Numbered from the stretch's first letter, positions 1-10,964 are shown. The stretch: DNA of 64,000 nucleotides from Oscillospiraceae bacterium (GCA_963599465.1 CAVBXD010000001.1:76080-140079); one strand, 5' to 3'. A program made the numbers and translations. Notes: generated from the sequence alone by a model not told the origin.

Positions 1-580
1 CGACGAGTGGAAGCTCGGGATAAATCTGACGCAGACGCTCATTGTTTATAACGAGCAACGCGTCAACATGCTTTGCCATTTCCTCAACGCCATCGAGGGC
101 CTGGTTGATCTTCTTGTATCCTTCGAAACGGAATGGAATGGTGACGATGCCCACGGTAAGGATGCCCATGTCCTTGCTCACTTGAGCAATCACGGGTGCC
201 GCGCCTGTGCCTGTGCCACCGCCCATGCCTGCCGTGATGAATGCCATCTTTGTGCCGTCGTTGAGCATGCTCTTTATCTTGTCAATGGTGTCCATTGCGG
301 CTTGCCGTGCACGCTCGGGCCTGTTGCCGGCTCCAAGTCCTTCGTTTCCAAGCTGCAGGTGAGCTGGCACTGGCGAGTCGTTGAGTGCCTGCGCGTCGGT
401 GTTGCACAGCACGAAAGACACGTCGTGTATGCCTTCGCGATACATGTGGTTGACGGCGTTTCCGCCACCGCCACCTACGCCAATCACTTTGATAATGCTG
501 TTTTCCTTGTTAGGATCGCCAAAGTCGAGAATTGACGGCTTTTGAGAGTTTGTATTTTGGTTGTTATTGTTGTCTGCCAT
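1..580 (-). CDS. ftsZ: Cell division protein FtsZ (5' part; runs off the window start)
   Basis: Not in the ORF track. Manual translation from the ATG at 580 gives MADNNNNQNTNSQKPSILDFGDPNKENSIIKVIGVGGGGGNAVNHMYREG, with the GMGGGTGTG tubulin signature further on; it follows ftsA. Confidence 0.97.
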   Translation of the reverse strand, partial: MADNNNNQNTNSQKPSILDFGDPNKENSIIKVIGVGGGGGNAVNHMYREGIHDVSFVLCNTDAQALNDSPVPAHLQLGNEGLGAGNRPERARQAAMDTIDKIKSMLNDGTKMAFITAGMGGGTGTGAAPVIAQVSKDMGILTVGIVTIPFRFEGYKKINQALDGVEEMAKHVDALLVINNERLRQIYPELPLV

Positions 581-609
581 ATTTCCTTTCAGTCTGTTGT
601 TTTATATGT

Positions 610-2031
610 TTAATCGTCTTCTGGCTCGGTCATTTTCTTGAAAAAGACCTTGAATTTGTTCAGTATCTTGTGTGGCGGTTTAGGACTCGCGTCTTGCTCG
701 TTTCGAGTGTCGGCTTTCGCCTTGTCGCTTGCGTAGTCATCAGTTTTTGCCTTGTCCTGCACATTCTCCTTGGGTTCGCTGACTGTCCTGCCGTTTATCA
801 CCTGTGCGTTTGTTGTTTGAGAGGCTTGTGCCGTTTGTGTTGGCGATTTTGGCTGCATGCCTTCGAACAAGTTGTTTGTTATGTCGTTGCCTGCGCAATT
901 CTGGTCGCCTTTGGCTAATATTGCGAGCACGGTGCATAGTCTTCCGTCCTTGGCGTTGACCAATGGGTTGCTTGACTTAATCGTGTCGTTGACAAACTTG
1001 ACGGTTCTTATCTTCTCCGTGTGTGTATATAGCCTGAACGCACGTTCTATGTTGTTCATGTTGCTGCCACCACCTGTGAGGATGATGCCGCCCAAGAGTT
1101 TCTCAGAGTATTCGTCCGGGATGAGGCTCTTCACGTTCTCTATGATTTCCCTTGTGCGCGCCTCAACTATTTCCACAAACTTGCCCATCTCTATGTACCT
1201 GTCCGTTTCGATGGCATAATGCCTAGCAGGGTCAATGTCGTTCCCGTCGGTAAAGGCACTCGCGTATTTGAGTTTCATTCTCTCCGCGTCGCCATCTTCT
1301 ATCTGCAGCGAGGCAATGTCTTTCGTAATGTTGGCGCTTCCCAATGGTATTACGGAAAGCTTTCTGAGGATGTTGCGGTGGAAGATGCTGACAGTGGTCG
1401 TGTCGGCGCCCAAGTCCACGAGCGCGCAGCCTCCCCTCTTCTCCGCGTCGGTGAGCACGCTGTCGGCAAGGGCGAGAGGTGAGATATACATGTCGAGTAT
1501 GCTTATATTGGCTTGGTCGAAGCATTTTTTAAGCCTCCTGTAGAACTCCCTGCGGCATAATATGTTGAGGAAGTTGCCTTCCAGTCTTTTGCATGGCACT
1601 CCGACGGGCGGCTCAGCCTGATACTGGTTGTCAACCTTATATTCCAAAGTTACGGCATCAAGAATTTGCTTGTCGGGGTATTGCATGCTTCTGTTGGCAT
1701 CCATGAGCTCGTTGATCATGTCCTGCGTCACCTCACTCTCTGTGGAAAGCTCCCTGACATTGGTGTTCTTCACGCCCATGATAGATTGTCCCCCAAAGCC
1801 CACGTAGACATGTGCGATGTGTGTCTTGAGTGTCGCTTCCAACTTCTTGATAATGTTGGAAAGGGCTTGCACGGTTTTCTCTATGTTGCGGACCACGCCG
1901 TTGCGTATGCACGCCTCGCCGTTCTCCTGGGCAATGGCAAGAACGCTGATGCTGCCGTCTGTATTCTTCCTGCCTGCTATACCAGTGATCTTTGATGATC
2001 CTAACTCTATTGCTACTGTAAATTCTGCCAT
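610..2031 (-). CDS. ftsA: Cell division protein FtsA
   Basis: IELGSSKI, VDLGADTT and ILTGGGS actin-like ATPase motifs; lies between ftsQ and ftsZ. Confidence 0.95.
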   Translation of the reverse strand: MAEFTVAIELGSSKITGIAGRKNTDGSISVLAIAQENGEACIRNGVVRNIEKTVQALSNIIKKLEATLKTHIAHVYVGFGGQSIMGVKNTNVRELSTESEVTQDMINELMDANRSMQYPDKQILDAVTLEYKVDNQYQAEPPVGVPCKRLEGNFLNILCRREFYRRLKKCFDQANISILDMYISPLALADSVLTDAEKRGGCALVDLGADTTTVSIFHRNILRKLSVIPLGSANITKDIASLQIEDGDAERMKLKYASAFTDGNDIDPARHYAIETDRYIEMGKFVEIVEARTREIIENVKSLIPDEYSEKLLGGIILTGGGSNMNNIERAFRLYTHTEKIRTVKFVNDTIKSSNPLVNAKDGRLCTVLAILAKGDQNCAGNDITNNLFEGMQPKSPTQTAQASQTTNAQVINGRTVSEPKENVQDKAKTDDYASDKAKADTRNEQDASPKPPHKILNKFKVFFKKMTEPEDD

Positions 2032-2046
2032 TGGGGTATGTCTGCT

Positions 2047-2841
2047 TTATTCTTTTCTCTTTTTCTTGCAAATAATCTGGTTGTCAAATTCCACGTTTAT
2101 GTAGGAATACTTGTTCCATCCTGCCTGTGACAAGCCATATTTGTAGAACTTCTCCAGCTCGTCCATTTTATGGTTGGCGAAGTCGGTGACGAGTTGTTTT
2201 CTGTCAGCAACCAGTTTTGTTTGGGGTAATTGCCCAAGATAAATGATGTTGTCGCCCACTCGCGGTATGAGCTCCACTCCGCCGTCGGGTAGCACGTGTA
2301 TTTGCTCCACTTGATTCTGCCAAAACTCGTTTGCCATAATCGCGTCGGCGAGGTAGGAGATGTAGTTGCGCGCGAACCATCTGTTTATATGTCCCGAAGC
2401 AATGATAAGGTTGCTTGTGTAGTGGGAGTTGGGCATGATGCGGTGGTCGTCGTCGAGGTAATAGTCATCTCCGTTGTTGGACATAATGTGCAGTGTGGGC
2501 ATTCGCTGCGTGAGCGTTATCCACACATGACCGTCTTGTGTCTTATAGCATTGTGCGTTCTTGATGAACGGACTTTGGCAGAGCTTTCCCTCTATCTCCC
2601 TCGCGTCGATTTCCTTGAATGTCTTTTTCAAGGGGTACAGGTCGTTTTTCATGAGCCTGTTTTTAACCTCTTTCGGGGAGATGAACCCGTTGACGGCCTC
2701 GTCCTGGATGTTGATGTCTACTTGCGTGCAGGTAATGTTTTCACCGTCTGTCTTGTTGAAAGCAGTCATGGCGACAACGATATAGGCTCCCAAGAGCAAA
2801 TCGCAGCCCACAAGCAAGGTCTTTTTCCAGTTTACGCGCAT
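2047..2841 (-). CDS. ftsQ: Cell division protein FtsQ
   Basis: N-terminal TM helix, POTRA-like region, Bacteroidetes FtsQ C-terminus (YSYINVEFDNQIIC); dcw position. Confidence 0.88.
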   Translation of the reverse strand: MRVNWKKTLLVGCDLLLGAYIVVAMTAFNKTDGENITCTQVDINIQDEAVNGFISPKEVKNRLMKNDLYPLKKTFKEIDAREIEGKLCQSPFIKNAQCYKTQDGHVWITLTQRMPTLHIMSNNGDDYYLDDDHRIMPNSHYTSNLIIASGHINRWFARNYISYLADAIMANEFWQNQVEQIHVLPDGGVELIPRVGDNIIYLGQLPQTKLVADRKQLVTDFANHKMDELEKFYKYGLSQAGWNKYSYINVEFDNQIICKKKRKE

Positions 2842-2871
2842 CGGGTGTAATGGTTGTGTTGTTCTTTCTTT

Positions 2872-4248
2872 TTATTTTTCCTTTATGATTTTCTCTATCT
2901 CTGGCACCATGTTGTCGAGATCGCCGGCACCCAATGTCACGAGTACGTCAAAGTCGCGGCTTTTAACGAGTTCTTTCACGTCAGCTTTGTTGATGATGCT
3001 CTTCTCCACTTCGGGCTTGAGGTTGTCGTAGATGAGCTTTGACGTCACGCCGGGGATTGGTTGCTCGCGTGCAGGATAAATCTCGGTGAGTATAACCTCG
3101 TCGAAAAGGCTCAGCGCGTCGGCGAAGTCTTTGTAGAAGTCGCGTGTACGGGTGAAGAGGTGTGGTTGGAATATGGCGGTGAGCTTGCGGGTAGGGTAAA
3201 TCTCTCGCAGGCTCTTGGCGCATTGGAGAACCTCCTTTGGATGATGGCCATAGTCGGAGAGCAAAACGTGGCGGCTATCGCGAATCTTGAAGTCGAATCG
3301 GCGTTCCACGCCGTGATAAGTCTTCATGCCATACTTAATCTCTTCGTCTGTGCAGCCGTTGAGCTGTGCCAAAGCCATTGCCGCGATGCCGTTCTCAATG
3401 TTGATAGGTACTGGCTGGCCGAGTTTCACTCCCGTGATATTGCCCTTTGGCGAGATGAAGTCGAAAGTTATCTCTCCGTCTTCAATGACGATGTTCTCCG
3501 CGTGGAAGTCACCCTTGTCGCGGCTGTATGTGTAAGTCGCGACACCTTCCTGCACGTTAGCCTTCATTTCCAGGTCGGTATGTATTATGAGTGCACCTCC
3601 TGGTTGTATGAGCTCCGTGTAATGTCTGAAGCTCTCAAGGTAAGCCTCTTTCGTGCCGTATATGTCGAGGTGATCGGGGTCTGTAGAGGTGATGACTGTC
3701 ATCCACGGGCGGAGCCAGTGGAATGAGCGGTCAAACTCATCGGCTTCTATGACCACGTTGTCGCTGGAGTCTGAAAGAATGTAGTTGGTGCCGTAGTTTT
3801 TCGCGATGCCTCCAAGGAAGGCGTTGCAGCCAGCTTGACTTTGGTGCATGATATGTGCGCACATGGTCGAAGTGGTTGTCTTTCCGTGTGTGCCGGCCAC
3901 GCACAGTCCTTTATGCGTGCGGGTGAGCATGCCGAGCACTTGTGCGCGCTTTTGCACCTCAAAGCCATTCTCACGGAACCAAGTGAGCTCTTTGTGTGTG
4001 GCAGGGATGGCTGGCGTGTAGACGACGAGGCAGGACGCCTTGTCCTTGCATGCGTGCGGAATCTCTTCCACGTTCTCGTCATAGTGTATGAGTATGCCCT
4101 CCTTCTCCAGTTGCCGTGTAAGGTTGGATGGCGTGCGGTCATAACCTGCCACAACTGCCCCACGGTGCGTGAAGTATCTTTCTATTGCGCTCATGCCTAT
4201 GCCACCGGCACCAATAAAGTATACTGACTTAATGTCTTTCAGTTCCAT
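2872..4248 (-). CDS. murC: UDP-N-acetylmuramate--L-alanine ligase
   Basis: FIGAGGIGMS, AGTHGKTTTS, EADEFDRSF, DYGHHP motifs. Confidence 0.97.
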   Translation of the reverse strand: MELKDIKSVYFIGAGGIGMSAIERYFTHRGAVVAGYDRTPSNLTRQLEKEGILIHYDENVEEIPHACKDKASCLVVYTPAIPATHKELTWFRENGFEVQKRAQVLGMLTRTHKGLCVAGTHGKTTTSTMCAHIMHQSQAGCNAFLGGIAKNYGTNYILSDSSDNVVIEADEFDRSFHWLRPWMTVITSTDPDHLDIYGTKEAYLESFRHYTELIQPGGALIIHTDLEMKANVQEGVATYTYSRDKGDFHAENIVIEDGEITFDFISPKGNITGVKLGQPVPINIENGIAAMALAQLNGCTDEEIKYGMKTYHGVERRFDFKIRDSRHVLLSDYGHHPKEVLQCAKSLREIYPTRKLTAIFQPHLFTRTRDFYKDFADALSLFDEVILTEIYPAREQPIPGVTSKLIYDNLKPEVEKSIINKADVKELVKSRDFDVLVTLGAGDLDNMVPEIEKIIKEK

Positions 4249-4294
4249 TTTGATAATTCCTTGTTACTTCTTGTCTTGTTTTGTGTTATTGTGT

Positions 4295-5404
4295 TCATCT
4301 GACGAGCTTGAGCACCTCGTCGGCAATTACATCGGCAGAGTTGGGCAAGCCGAGCTTCTTGATGTTCTCGCTTAGCGACTTGAGCTTTTCGTCGTCGTTG
4401 ACTATCGTTAATGCACGTTGGAGCAACACTTCGGGTGCCTCCACGTCTTTCACGTATATTGCCGCGTCTTTATTGACGAGAGCCATGGCGTTCTTCGTTT
4501 GGTGATCCTCTGCCACGTTGGGGCTCGGCACCAGTATTACGGGCTTGCCTATAAGACAGAACTCGCTGATGGAGCTTGCTCCGGCACGGCTTATCACGAG
4601 GTCGGCGGCATTGTAGGCCGCGCCCATGTCGGTAATGAAGTCGAGAACCTTGAGATTGGGAATCTCGCCGAAGTCGCTTACCGCCTTGTTCATCTCGTCG
4701 TTGTAGTATTTGCCAGTCTGCCAGATGAATTGCACGTTGGCGTCTTTCACCTCTTGAAGGTGGAGCCTCATGCTGTCGTTGATGGTTCTCGCGCCAAGGC
4801 TTCCGCCAACGAGCAAGATGGTTTTCTTGTCAGGGTCGAGACCGAACTTCTTTCTTGCCTCTTGCTTTGAGATATTGTCGTTGACCACGTTCTGCCTCAC
4901 GGGGTTGCCGGTCATTATGATCTTGTCGGCAGGGAAGAATCTCTCCATGCCGTTGTATGCCACGCAGATCTTCTCCGCTCCGTTGGCGAGCAACTTGTTA
5001 GTTTTGCCGGCGTAGGAGTTCTGCTCTTGTATGAGGCAAGGCACCCCTAACGAGTGTGCGGCGTCGAGTGCGGCGGCGCTGGCATATCCACCCACACCTA
5101 CAGCCACGTCGGGCTTGAACTTGCGCACTATGCGCTTTGCCATGAACTTGCTCTTGAGGAAGTCAATGCCAACGATGATGTTCCTCAGTGAATAGATGGG
5201 GCGTACCAAGCCTTTCACGGGTAAGCCCTTTATCTCGTAGCCTGCCTGTGGTACGCGTTGCATCTCCATGCGTCCCAAGGCTCCTATAAACAGAATCTTT
5301 GCTTCTGGATGCTTCGCCTTGATAGCGTTGGCAATGCTGATGGCAGGGAATATGTGTCCACCAGTTCCTCCTCCACTGACGATGACTCTTAGCTCTTTTT
5401 CCAT
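4295..5404 (-). CDS. murG: Lipid II GlcNAc transferase
   Basis: SGGGTGGHIFP, GGSLGA, ISRAGASS motifs. Confidence 0.97.
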   Translation of the reverse strand: MEKELRVIVSGGGTGGHIFPAISIANAIKAKHPEAKILFIGALGRMEMQRVPQAGYEIKGLPVKGLVRPIYSLRNIIVGIDFLKSKFMAKRIVRKFKPDVAVGVGGYASAAALDAAHSLGVPCLIQEQNSYAGKTNKLLANGAEKICVAYNGMERFFPADKIIMTGNPVRQNVVNDNISKQEARKKFGLDPDKKTILLVGGSLGARTINDSMRLHLQEVKDANVQFIWQTGKYYNDEMNKAVSDFGEIPNLKVLDFITDMGAAYNAADLVISRAGASSISEFCLIGKPVILVPSPNVAEDHQTKNAMALVNKDAAIYVKDVEAPEVLLQRALTIVNDDEKLKSLSENIKKLGLPNSADVIADEVLKLVR

Positions 5405-5420
5405 TTTAGTACATTTTTGG

Positions 5421-5428
5421 CAAAAGTA
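5421..5428 (-). promoter_or_regulatory. Candidate internal Bacteroidota -7 promoter element upstream of murG
   Basis: Minus strand reads TACTTTTG (TAnnTTTG consensus) in the AT-rich ftsW-murG gap, 16 nt from the murG ATG. Confidence 0.5.
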
Positions 5429-5466
5429 ATCATTTTTTTTCTTATCGTGCCTATTATTCGGCTAAA

Positions 5467-6768
5467 TTATTTCCCCTCTGTATTGTCTGCCATTTGGGGC
5501 TCAGTTGCCGCGGTCACTGAGTTTTTCGTGTCATAATCGGTGTTTTTCCTTGCCGTGCGGCTCACGCTGAGTATCATTCCGATATATATGCAGTTGATTA
5601 CCGTGGACGTTCCTCCTCGGCTGATGAGAGGCAGCGGTTGTCCGGTCACGGGCACAAGACCCACGGCGACGCTCATGTTGAACAATGCCTGTATCACTAT
5701 CATCAATCCTAATCCCATTACGAGAAAGGCTGGGAAGTTGTTCTCGCACCGGTTGGCTATGATGCCTACGCGGAAGAGCAGGGTGATATAAAGCATCGCC
5801 ACGAAGAACGCTCCGAATATCCCTGTCTCCTCTATTATGATGGCGTATATATAGTCGGAGAACGCCTGCGGCAGGAAGTCGCGTTCTTCGCTGTTGCCGG
5901 GCCCCTTGCCTATGAAGTTGCTTGAGGCTATGGCTATGTTGGCGTATGATGTTTGTGCGTCCTTGTCGAGATCCACTTTCTCTGGCGGTATGTTTTTGTG
6001 AGAGCCGAACTTCTTGATTCTCGCTTTCCACGTGTCCATGCGATGCAAAAGACCGTGGTGCTTGTGGTTCTCTATCACCTTGCCGCTTTTAGTCACCATC
6101 TCGGTATAGGTCTTGTTGCCATCGTCAGCGTCTTTGTCGTCGCCTACCATGAATATCAGTGTTACGGCTACGGCGATCACCACTGCCACAAAGGCCATGA
6201 TGTGCAGGAGCTGTTTTACTGGCACGTGGCCAATGAACATCATCAAGAATACTGTCACGCTGAGCAAAGCTGCCGTCGACAAGTTCTCGAAGAATATGAG
6301 AGGCACCAGTACAAACCAAATGATGACGATGTAGTGGCTGGCGTTCCTGTCGGCTCCGCGGTCGGTCTGCATGGCACTGAGAATCTGCGCCGTGGCGAGC
6401 ACCATGGTGCCTTTGGCTATTTCGGAGGGTTGGAAATTAAATCCCAGGATAGACAGCCATCGTCCCGCGCCGTTGATGCTTTGACCGAAGAAGTCGGCAC
6501 ATATCAATGCGAAGAAGCAACCGATGATCAGGAACGGCGTTGCCAGCTTGAAGTACCTGCATGGTATGTTCAAGGTGACAATCATGAAGAATATGCCCAA
6601 AAACAATAGGCCTATGTGCCTGATCATAGGGCTGATGTAGTCTCCCGTCTTGTACGTCAGCGAAGACAGGGCAGAAAATACCTCGATCGCGCTGATGATG
6701 CAAAGGAAGAAGAACACCATCCATATGACCTTGTCGCCTTTGAAAAGACCATTTACTCGTTTGCTCAT
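5467..6768 (-). CDS. ftsW: FtsW/RodA SEDS protein
   Basis: Multi-TM; FQPSEIAK, GKGPGNS, SDYIYAIIIEE, PVTGQPLPLISRGG; between murD and murG. Confidence 0.95.
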   Translation of the reverse strand: MSKRVNGLFKGDKVIWMVFFFLCIISAIEVFSALSSLTYKTGDYISPMIRHIGLLFLGIFFMIVTLNIPCRYFKLATPFLIIGCFFALICADFFGQSINGAGRWLSILGFNFQPSEIAKGTMVLATAQILSAMQTDRGADRNASHYIVIIWFVLVPLIFFENLSTAALLSVTVFLMMFIGHVPVKQLLHIMAFVAVVIAVAVTLIFMVGDDKDADDGNKTYTEMVTKSGKVIENHKHHGLLHRMDTWKARIKKFGSHKNIPPEKVDLDKDAQTSYANIAIASSNFIGKGPGNSEERDFLPQAFSDYIYAIIIEETGIFGAFFVAMLYITLLFRVGIIANRCENNFPAFLVMGLGLMIVIQALFNMSVAVGLVPVTGQPLPLISRGGTSTVINCIYIGMILSVSRTARKNTDYDTKNSVTAATEPQMADNTEGK

Positions 6769-6789
6769 CTTATTTTTACGAACATTCCT

Positions 6790-8121
6790 TTACAGGTTTC
6801 TCACTAATGTCTTGAACTGCTCGCCCCTGTCTTCCATGTTCTTGAACAAGTCGAACGAGGCGCAGCAGGGCGACAGCAGCACCGTGTCACCGGGCTTTGC
6901 CATCTCATAGCAAGCCTTCACGCAGTCGGCCATGCTGTGGGTGTCGCGAACGGGAATGCCTAAGGAGTCGAAGTTCTGGTGCAGCTTGGTATTGTCCGCG
7001 CCAAGGTACACTATTCCCACGCACTTCTTTTTCACCAAGTCAAAGATATGGTGATAGTCGTTGCCTTTGTCCTTGCCTCCAATTATGAGGATGGTAGGCG
7101 TGCGCATGCTTTCCAGGGCATACCAGCAAGCGTCCACGTTGGTGGCCTTTGAGTCGTTGATATATTGCACGCCGCCAACCTTGCACACTTTCTCCAAACG
7201 GTGTTCCACGCCCGGGAAGTCGCTGAGGCTCTTGCGTATGACGTCTTTCTTTATGCCGCTTATGTTTGCGGCGAGACCGGCGGCGAGACTGTTGTAGAGG
7301 TTATGCTTGCCGGTTATCGACAAGGCTTCCTGCTCCATGTTGAACGGGGTGGGGTATTCGAGCTTGTACTCTCCCTGCTCAATGTAAGCCACCGACGCTT
7401 CTTCCTTGATTTCGGAGAACGGGCATAACACCGCGTGGATGTCAAACTTCTCCATCTCTTGCTTTATCACTGGGTCGTCGTTCCAGAAGATGAAGCTGTC
7501 TTCGGCGGTCTGGTTCCGCGTTATGCGCATCTTGGCGTCGGCGTAGTTCTCAAACTTGAAGTCGTACCTGTCGAGGTGGTCGGGAGTGATGTTGAGCAAG
7601 ATTGCTATGTTGGCGTGGAAGTTGTACATGTTGTCGAGCTGGAATGAGCTCAACTCTATCACGTAGTACTCGTGTGGGTCTTCCGCCACTTGCAGCGCGA
7701 GGCTTCGCCCTATGTTTCCGGCGAGTCCGGCATCATAGCCAGCCTTTTTGAAGATGTGGTATATCAGCGAAGTGGTTGTCGTCTTGCCGTTGGAGCCCGT
7801 TATGCAAATCATCTTCGAGTTGGTGTAACGTCCCGCAAACTCAATCTCGCTGATGATATGTGTGCCCTGCTTGATGAGCTTCTGTATCATGGGGGCTTCG
7901 TTTGGTATGCCAGGGCTCTTTATCACCTCGTCGGCGTTAAGGATCTTCTCCTCCGTATGATGCCCTTCCTCCCACTCAATGCCGTGGTCGTCGAGCATCT
8001 TCTTATAGTTGTCCTTTATCTTCGACATGTCGGAAACGAACACGTCGAAACCTTCTTTCTTTGCCAGGACTGCGGCTCCCGCGCCGCTTTCCCCTGCGCC
8101 TAAGACTACTATGCGTTTCAT
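6790..8121 (-). CDS. murD: UDP-MurNAc-L-Ala--D-glutamate ligase
   Basis: ITGSNGKTTT, ELSSFQL, NDSKATN, LLSPCCASFD. Confidence 0.97.
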   Translation of the reverse strand: MKRIVVLGAGESGAGAAVLAKKEGFDVFVSDMSKIKDNYKKMLDDHGIEWEEGHHTEEKILNADEVIKSPGIPNEAPMIQKLIKQGTHIISEIEFAGRYTNSKMICITGSNGKTTTTSLIYHIFKKAGYDAGLAGNIGRSLALQVAEDPHEYYVIELSSFQLDNMYNFHANIAILLNITPDHLDRYDFKFENYADAKMRITRNQTAEDSFIFWNDDPVIKQEMEKFDIHAVLCPFSEIKEEASVAYIEQGEYKLEYPTPFNMEQEALSITGKHNLYNSLAAGLAANISGIKKDVIRKSLSDFPGVEHRLEKVCKVGGVQYINDSKATNVDACWYALESMRTPTILIIGGKDKGNDYHHIFDLVKKKCVGIVYLGADNTKLHQNFDSLGIPVRDTHSMADCVKACYEMAKPGDTVLLSPCCASFDLFKNMEDRGEQFKTLVRNL

Positions 8122-8133
8122 TTTATTATCAGT

Positions 8134-9405
8134 TTATCTTATCTTCAATGTGATGATTGTCAATGCCGCGAGGATGATGGTCACAATCCAGAACCTTATG
8201 GTTATCTTTGCCTCGTGCTTTGCGGAGCGTGGGCTCTTTATGAGGTATTTACAGTCGGGGTCGAGCTGCTCCGGTGTCACGCGGAAGCTGTCGTGTATTG
8301 GCGTGCGCTTGAATATGCGTTGCTTGATGCCGCGACGTTTTCCCAGTTTGTAATACCATACTTGCAGTATCACCGACAGGCTCTCCATGAAGAACACTCC
8401 GCAGAGTATTGGCAACAACAGTTCCTTGTGGATGATAATGGCACACACGCCGATGATGCCGCCTATGGTGAGGCTGCCCGTGTCTCCCATGAACACTTGC
8501 GCAGGATAGGCATTGTACCACAGGAATCCTATCAGCGCGCCTATGAACGCGCAGAGGAACACCACGAGCTCCTGCGAGCCAGGAATATACATTATGTTCA
8601 GGTAGGCGGCGAATTGCATGTGGGAGCTTACGTAGGCAAGTATGCCCAATGCCACGCCTATTATCGCCGAGTTGCCGGCACACATGCCGTCCATGCCGTC
8701 GTTGAGGTTCGCGCCATTGCTTACCGCTGTCACCACGAGGATGGTCATCACCACGAACAGAATCCATCCTGCCGCCGTTTTATACTTTCCGCAAAACGAC
8801 ATTATCTTGGAGTAGTCGAGGTTGTGGCCTTTCACGAAAGGTATGGTGGTCTTCAGCGACTTGTGGGCCACGGCGTGGTGTTTCACAACCACCTCCTGAC
8901 CGTTTTGCCTGTTCACGGTGAGGGTCTCGTTCATCTTCACGTCGGGCGACATCCATAGGGTCAACCCTACAAACAGGCCTATCGACACCTGCCCTATGAT
9001 CTTGTACTTGCCTTTCAGTCCTTCCTTGTTGCGGCGGAATATCTTGATGAAGTCGTCGAGCCCGCCGAGAAAGCCGAGCCACAACGTGGTGACAATCATC
9101 AAGATGAGGTATATGTTCCTCAGTCGTCCGAGCAGGAGCACGGGGATGAGTATTGAGACGATGATGATGACGCCTCCCATGGATGGCACGCCGATCTTCT
9201 TCACTCCATAGGGGTCAATCTTGGCGTCGCGCTGGGTTTCCGTGATCTGTTTCCTCTTTAGGTACTTGATAAACTTCTCGCCAAACCATGCCGAAATGAC
9301 AAGCGACAGGATGAGTGCCAAGAGCGCCCTGAACGAGATGTACCCCCACATTCCTGAGCCGGATATGCCAAATTGCTCAAGAAAACGAAAAAGATAGTAC
9401 AGCAT
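8134..9405 (-). CDS. mraY: Phospho-MurNAc-pentapeptide transferase
   Basis: PSMGG, LDD, NGANLNDGMDG, VFMGDTGSL motifs; multi-TM. Confidence 0.97.
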   Translation of the reverse strand: MLYYLFRFLEQFGISGSGMWGYISFRALLALILSLVISAWFGEKFIKYLKRKQITETQRDAKIDPYGVKKIGVPSMGGVIIIVSILIPVLLLGRLRNIYLILMIVTTLWLGFLGGLDDFIKIFRRNKEGLKGKYKIIGQVSIGLFVGLTLWMSPDVKMNETLTVNRQNGQEVVVKHHAVAHKSLKTTIPFVKGHNLDYSKIMSFCGKYKTAAGWILFVVMTILVVTAVSNGANLNDGMDGMCAGNSAIIGVALGILAYVSSHMQFAAYLNIMYIPGSQELVVFLCAFIGALIGFLWYNAYPAQVFMGDTGSLTIGGIIGVCAIIIHKELLLPILCGVFFMESLSVILQVWYYKLGKRRGIKQRIFKRTPIHDSFRVTPEQLDPDCKYLIKSPRSAKHEAKITIRFWIVTIILAALTIITLKIR

Positions 9406-9473
9406 TTTTTTGTGGTCTATGATTTAGCCGATATAGACGGATGTGTCTATATCGACTGTTTGTTTGTTGCTTC

Positions 9474-10925
9474 TTAGTTGTTGAAAATGTCGCGCAGCAC
9501 CTCCCTGTCGTCGAAATGGTGCTTTACACCCTTTACTTCCTGGTAGTCCTCATGGCCTTTTCCTGCCACGAGCACCACGTCGCCTTTCTGTGCCATCATG
9601 CATGCCGTCTTTATGGCCTCCTTGCGGTCAACGATGGTCACGACTTTCTTCATCTGCTCTTTGTCGAGACCAGCCACCATGTCGTCGATGATGGCCTGTG
9701 GGTCTTCGAACCTTGGGTTGTCGCTTGTGATGATAACCTTGTTGCTTTGCTTTACCGCCTCTTGTGCCATTAGCGGTCGTTTGCCGTGGTCGCGGTTGCC
9801 ACCGGCTCCACATACCGTGATGACGTGTCCTTTCCCGTTAAGCACTTCGTGTATGGCGTTGAGCACGTTTTCGAGAGCGTCGGGCGTGTGGGCATAGTCC
9901 ACGATGGCGGTGAAACCTGCCGGAGAGGTGATTGGCTCCAGACGTCCGCTGACACTGTGGAGCGTGCTCAGCGCTATGAGAATCTCCTCCGGCTCCTTGC
10001 CCAGCATGCGGGCTGCGGAGTAGACGGCGAGGAGGTTTGAGACGTTGAACTTGCCGATAAACTGCACGCCAACCTCATGGCCATCCACCTCAAGATACAT
10101 TCCGGCGAAGTGCATCTCTATGATGTGGGCACGGAAATCGGCCATCTGGCGTATAGAGTATGTCTTCACGGTGGCCTTGGTGTTCTGCACCATTACCATG
10201 CCGTTCTTGTCGTCGGCGTTGGTGATGGCGAATGCCGACTTGGGCAGCCCGTCGAAGAATGCTTTCTTGGCGTCGCGGTAGTTCTCGAATGTCTTGTGAT
10301 AGTCGAGGTGGTCACGCGTGAGGTTGGTGAATATGCCGCCGGCGAATTTCAGTCCGCCGATGCGCTTCTGGTGTATAGCGTGCGACGAGCATTCCATGAA
10401 GGCGTATTGGCACCCTGCCTTGACCATCTCGCCCAAAAGTTCGTTGAGCTCTATCGGGTCAGGAGTGGTGTGGTCGGTCGGTATTGGCTTGCCGTCGATA
10501 TAGTTGCACACGGTGGAGAGCAGGCCACAATGGTAGCCGAACTCACGGAACATATTATATAATAATGTGGCGATAGTCGTCTTGCCGTTTGTTCCTGTCA
10601 CTCCCACGAGTGTCAAGTGCTTTGTGGGGTCACCGTGGAAAAGGGTCGCCACCTTGCCCACTGCGTCTTCAGTGCTTTCCACTTGAACGTAGGTCACGTC
10701 GTTGGCGAGTTGCTCTGGCATGTCCTCGCAAAGCACTGCCTTTGCTCCGAGTTCCAGTGCTTTCGGTATGAACTTGTGCCCGTCAGTCTGCGTGCCTTTC
10801 ATGGCCACGAAAAGGTGTCCATCCTTGATCTTTCGCGAGTCGATGTTTACCCCCGTGATGTCTACATCAGCGTTGCCCTCGATGCGGAGCGGCTTGATGT
10901 TCTTTAAAAGTTCCTGCAGTTTCAT
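9474..10925 (-). CDS. murE: UDP-MurNAc-dipeptide--meso-DAP ligase
   Basis: [20 protein letters not shown] and the DNPR (meso-DAP specificity) motif. Confidence 0.96.
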   Translation of the reverse strand: MKLQELLKNIKPLRIEGNADVDITGVNIDSRKIKDGHLFVAMKGTQTDGHKFIPKALELGAKAVLCEDMPEQLANDVTYVQVESTEDAVGKVATLFHGDPTKHLTLVGVTGTNGKTTIATLLYNMFREFGYHCGLLSTVCNYIDGKPIPTDHTTPDPIELNELLGEMVKAGCQYAFMECSSHAIHQKRIGGLKFAGGIFTNLTRDHLDYHKTFENYRDAKKAFFDGLPKSAFAITNADDKNGMVMVQNTKATVKTYSIRQMADFRAHIIEMHFAGMYLEVDGHEVGVQFIGKFNVSNLLAVYSAARMLGKEPEEILIALSTLHSVSGRLEPITSPAGFTAIVDYAHTPDALENVLNAIHEVLNGKGHVITVCGAGGNRDHGKRPLMAQEAVKQSNKVIITSDNPRFEDPQAIIDDMVAGLDKEQMKKVVTIVDRKEAIKTACMMAQKGDVVLVAGKGHEDYQEVKGVKHHFDDREVLRDIFNN

Positions 10926-10964
10926 AGTTGTATATGTCTTTGTTTGTGTTCCGTTTGTGTTTTT

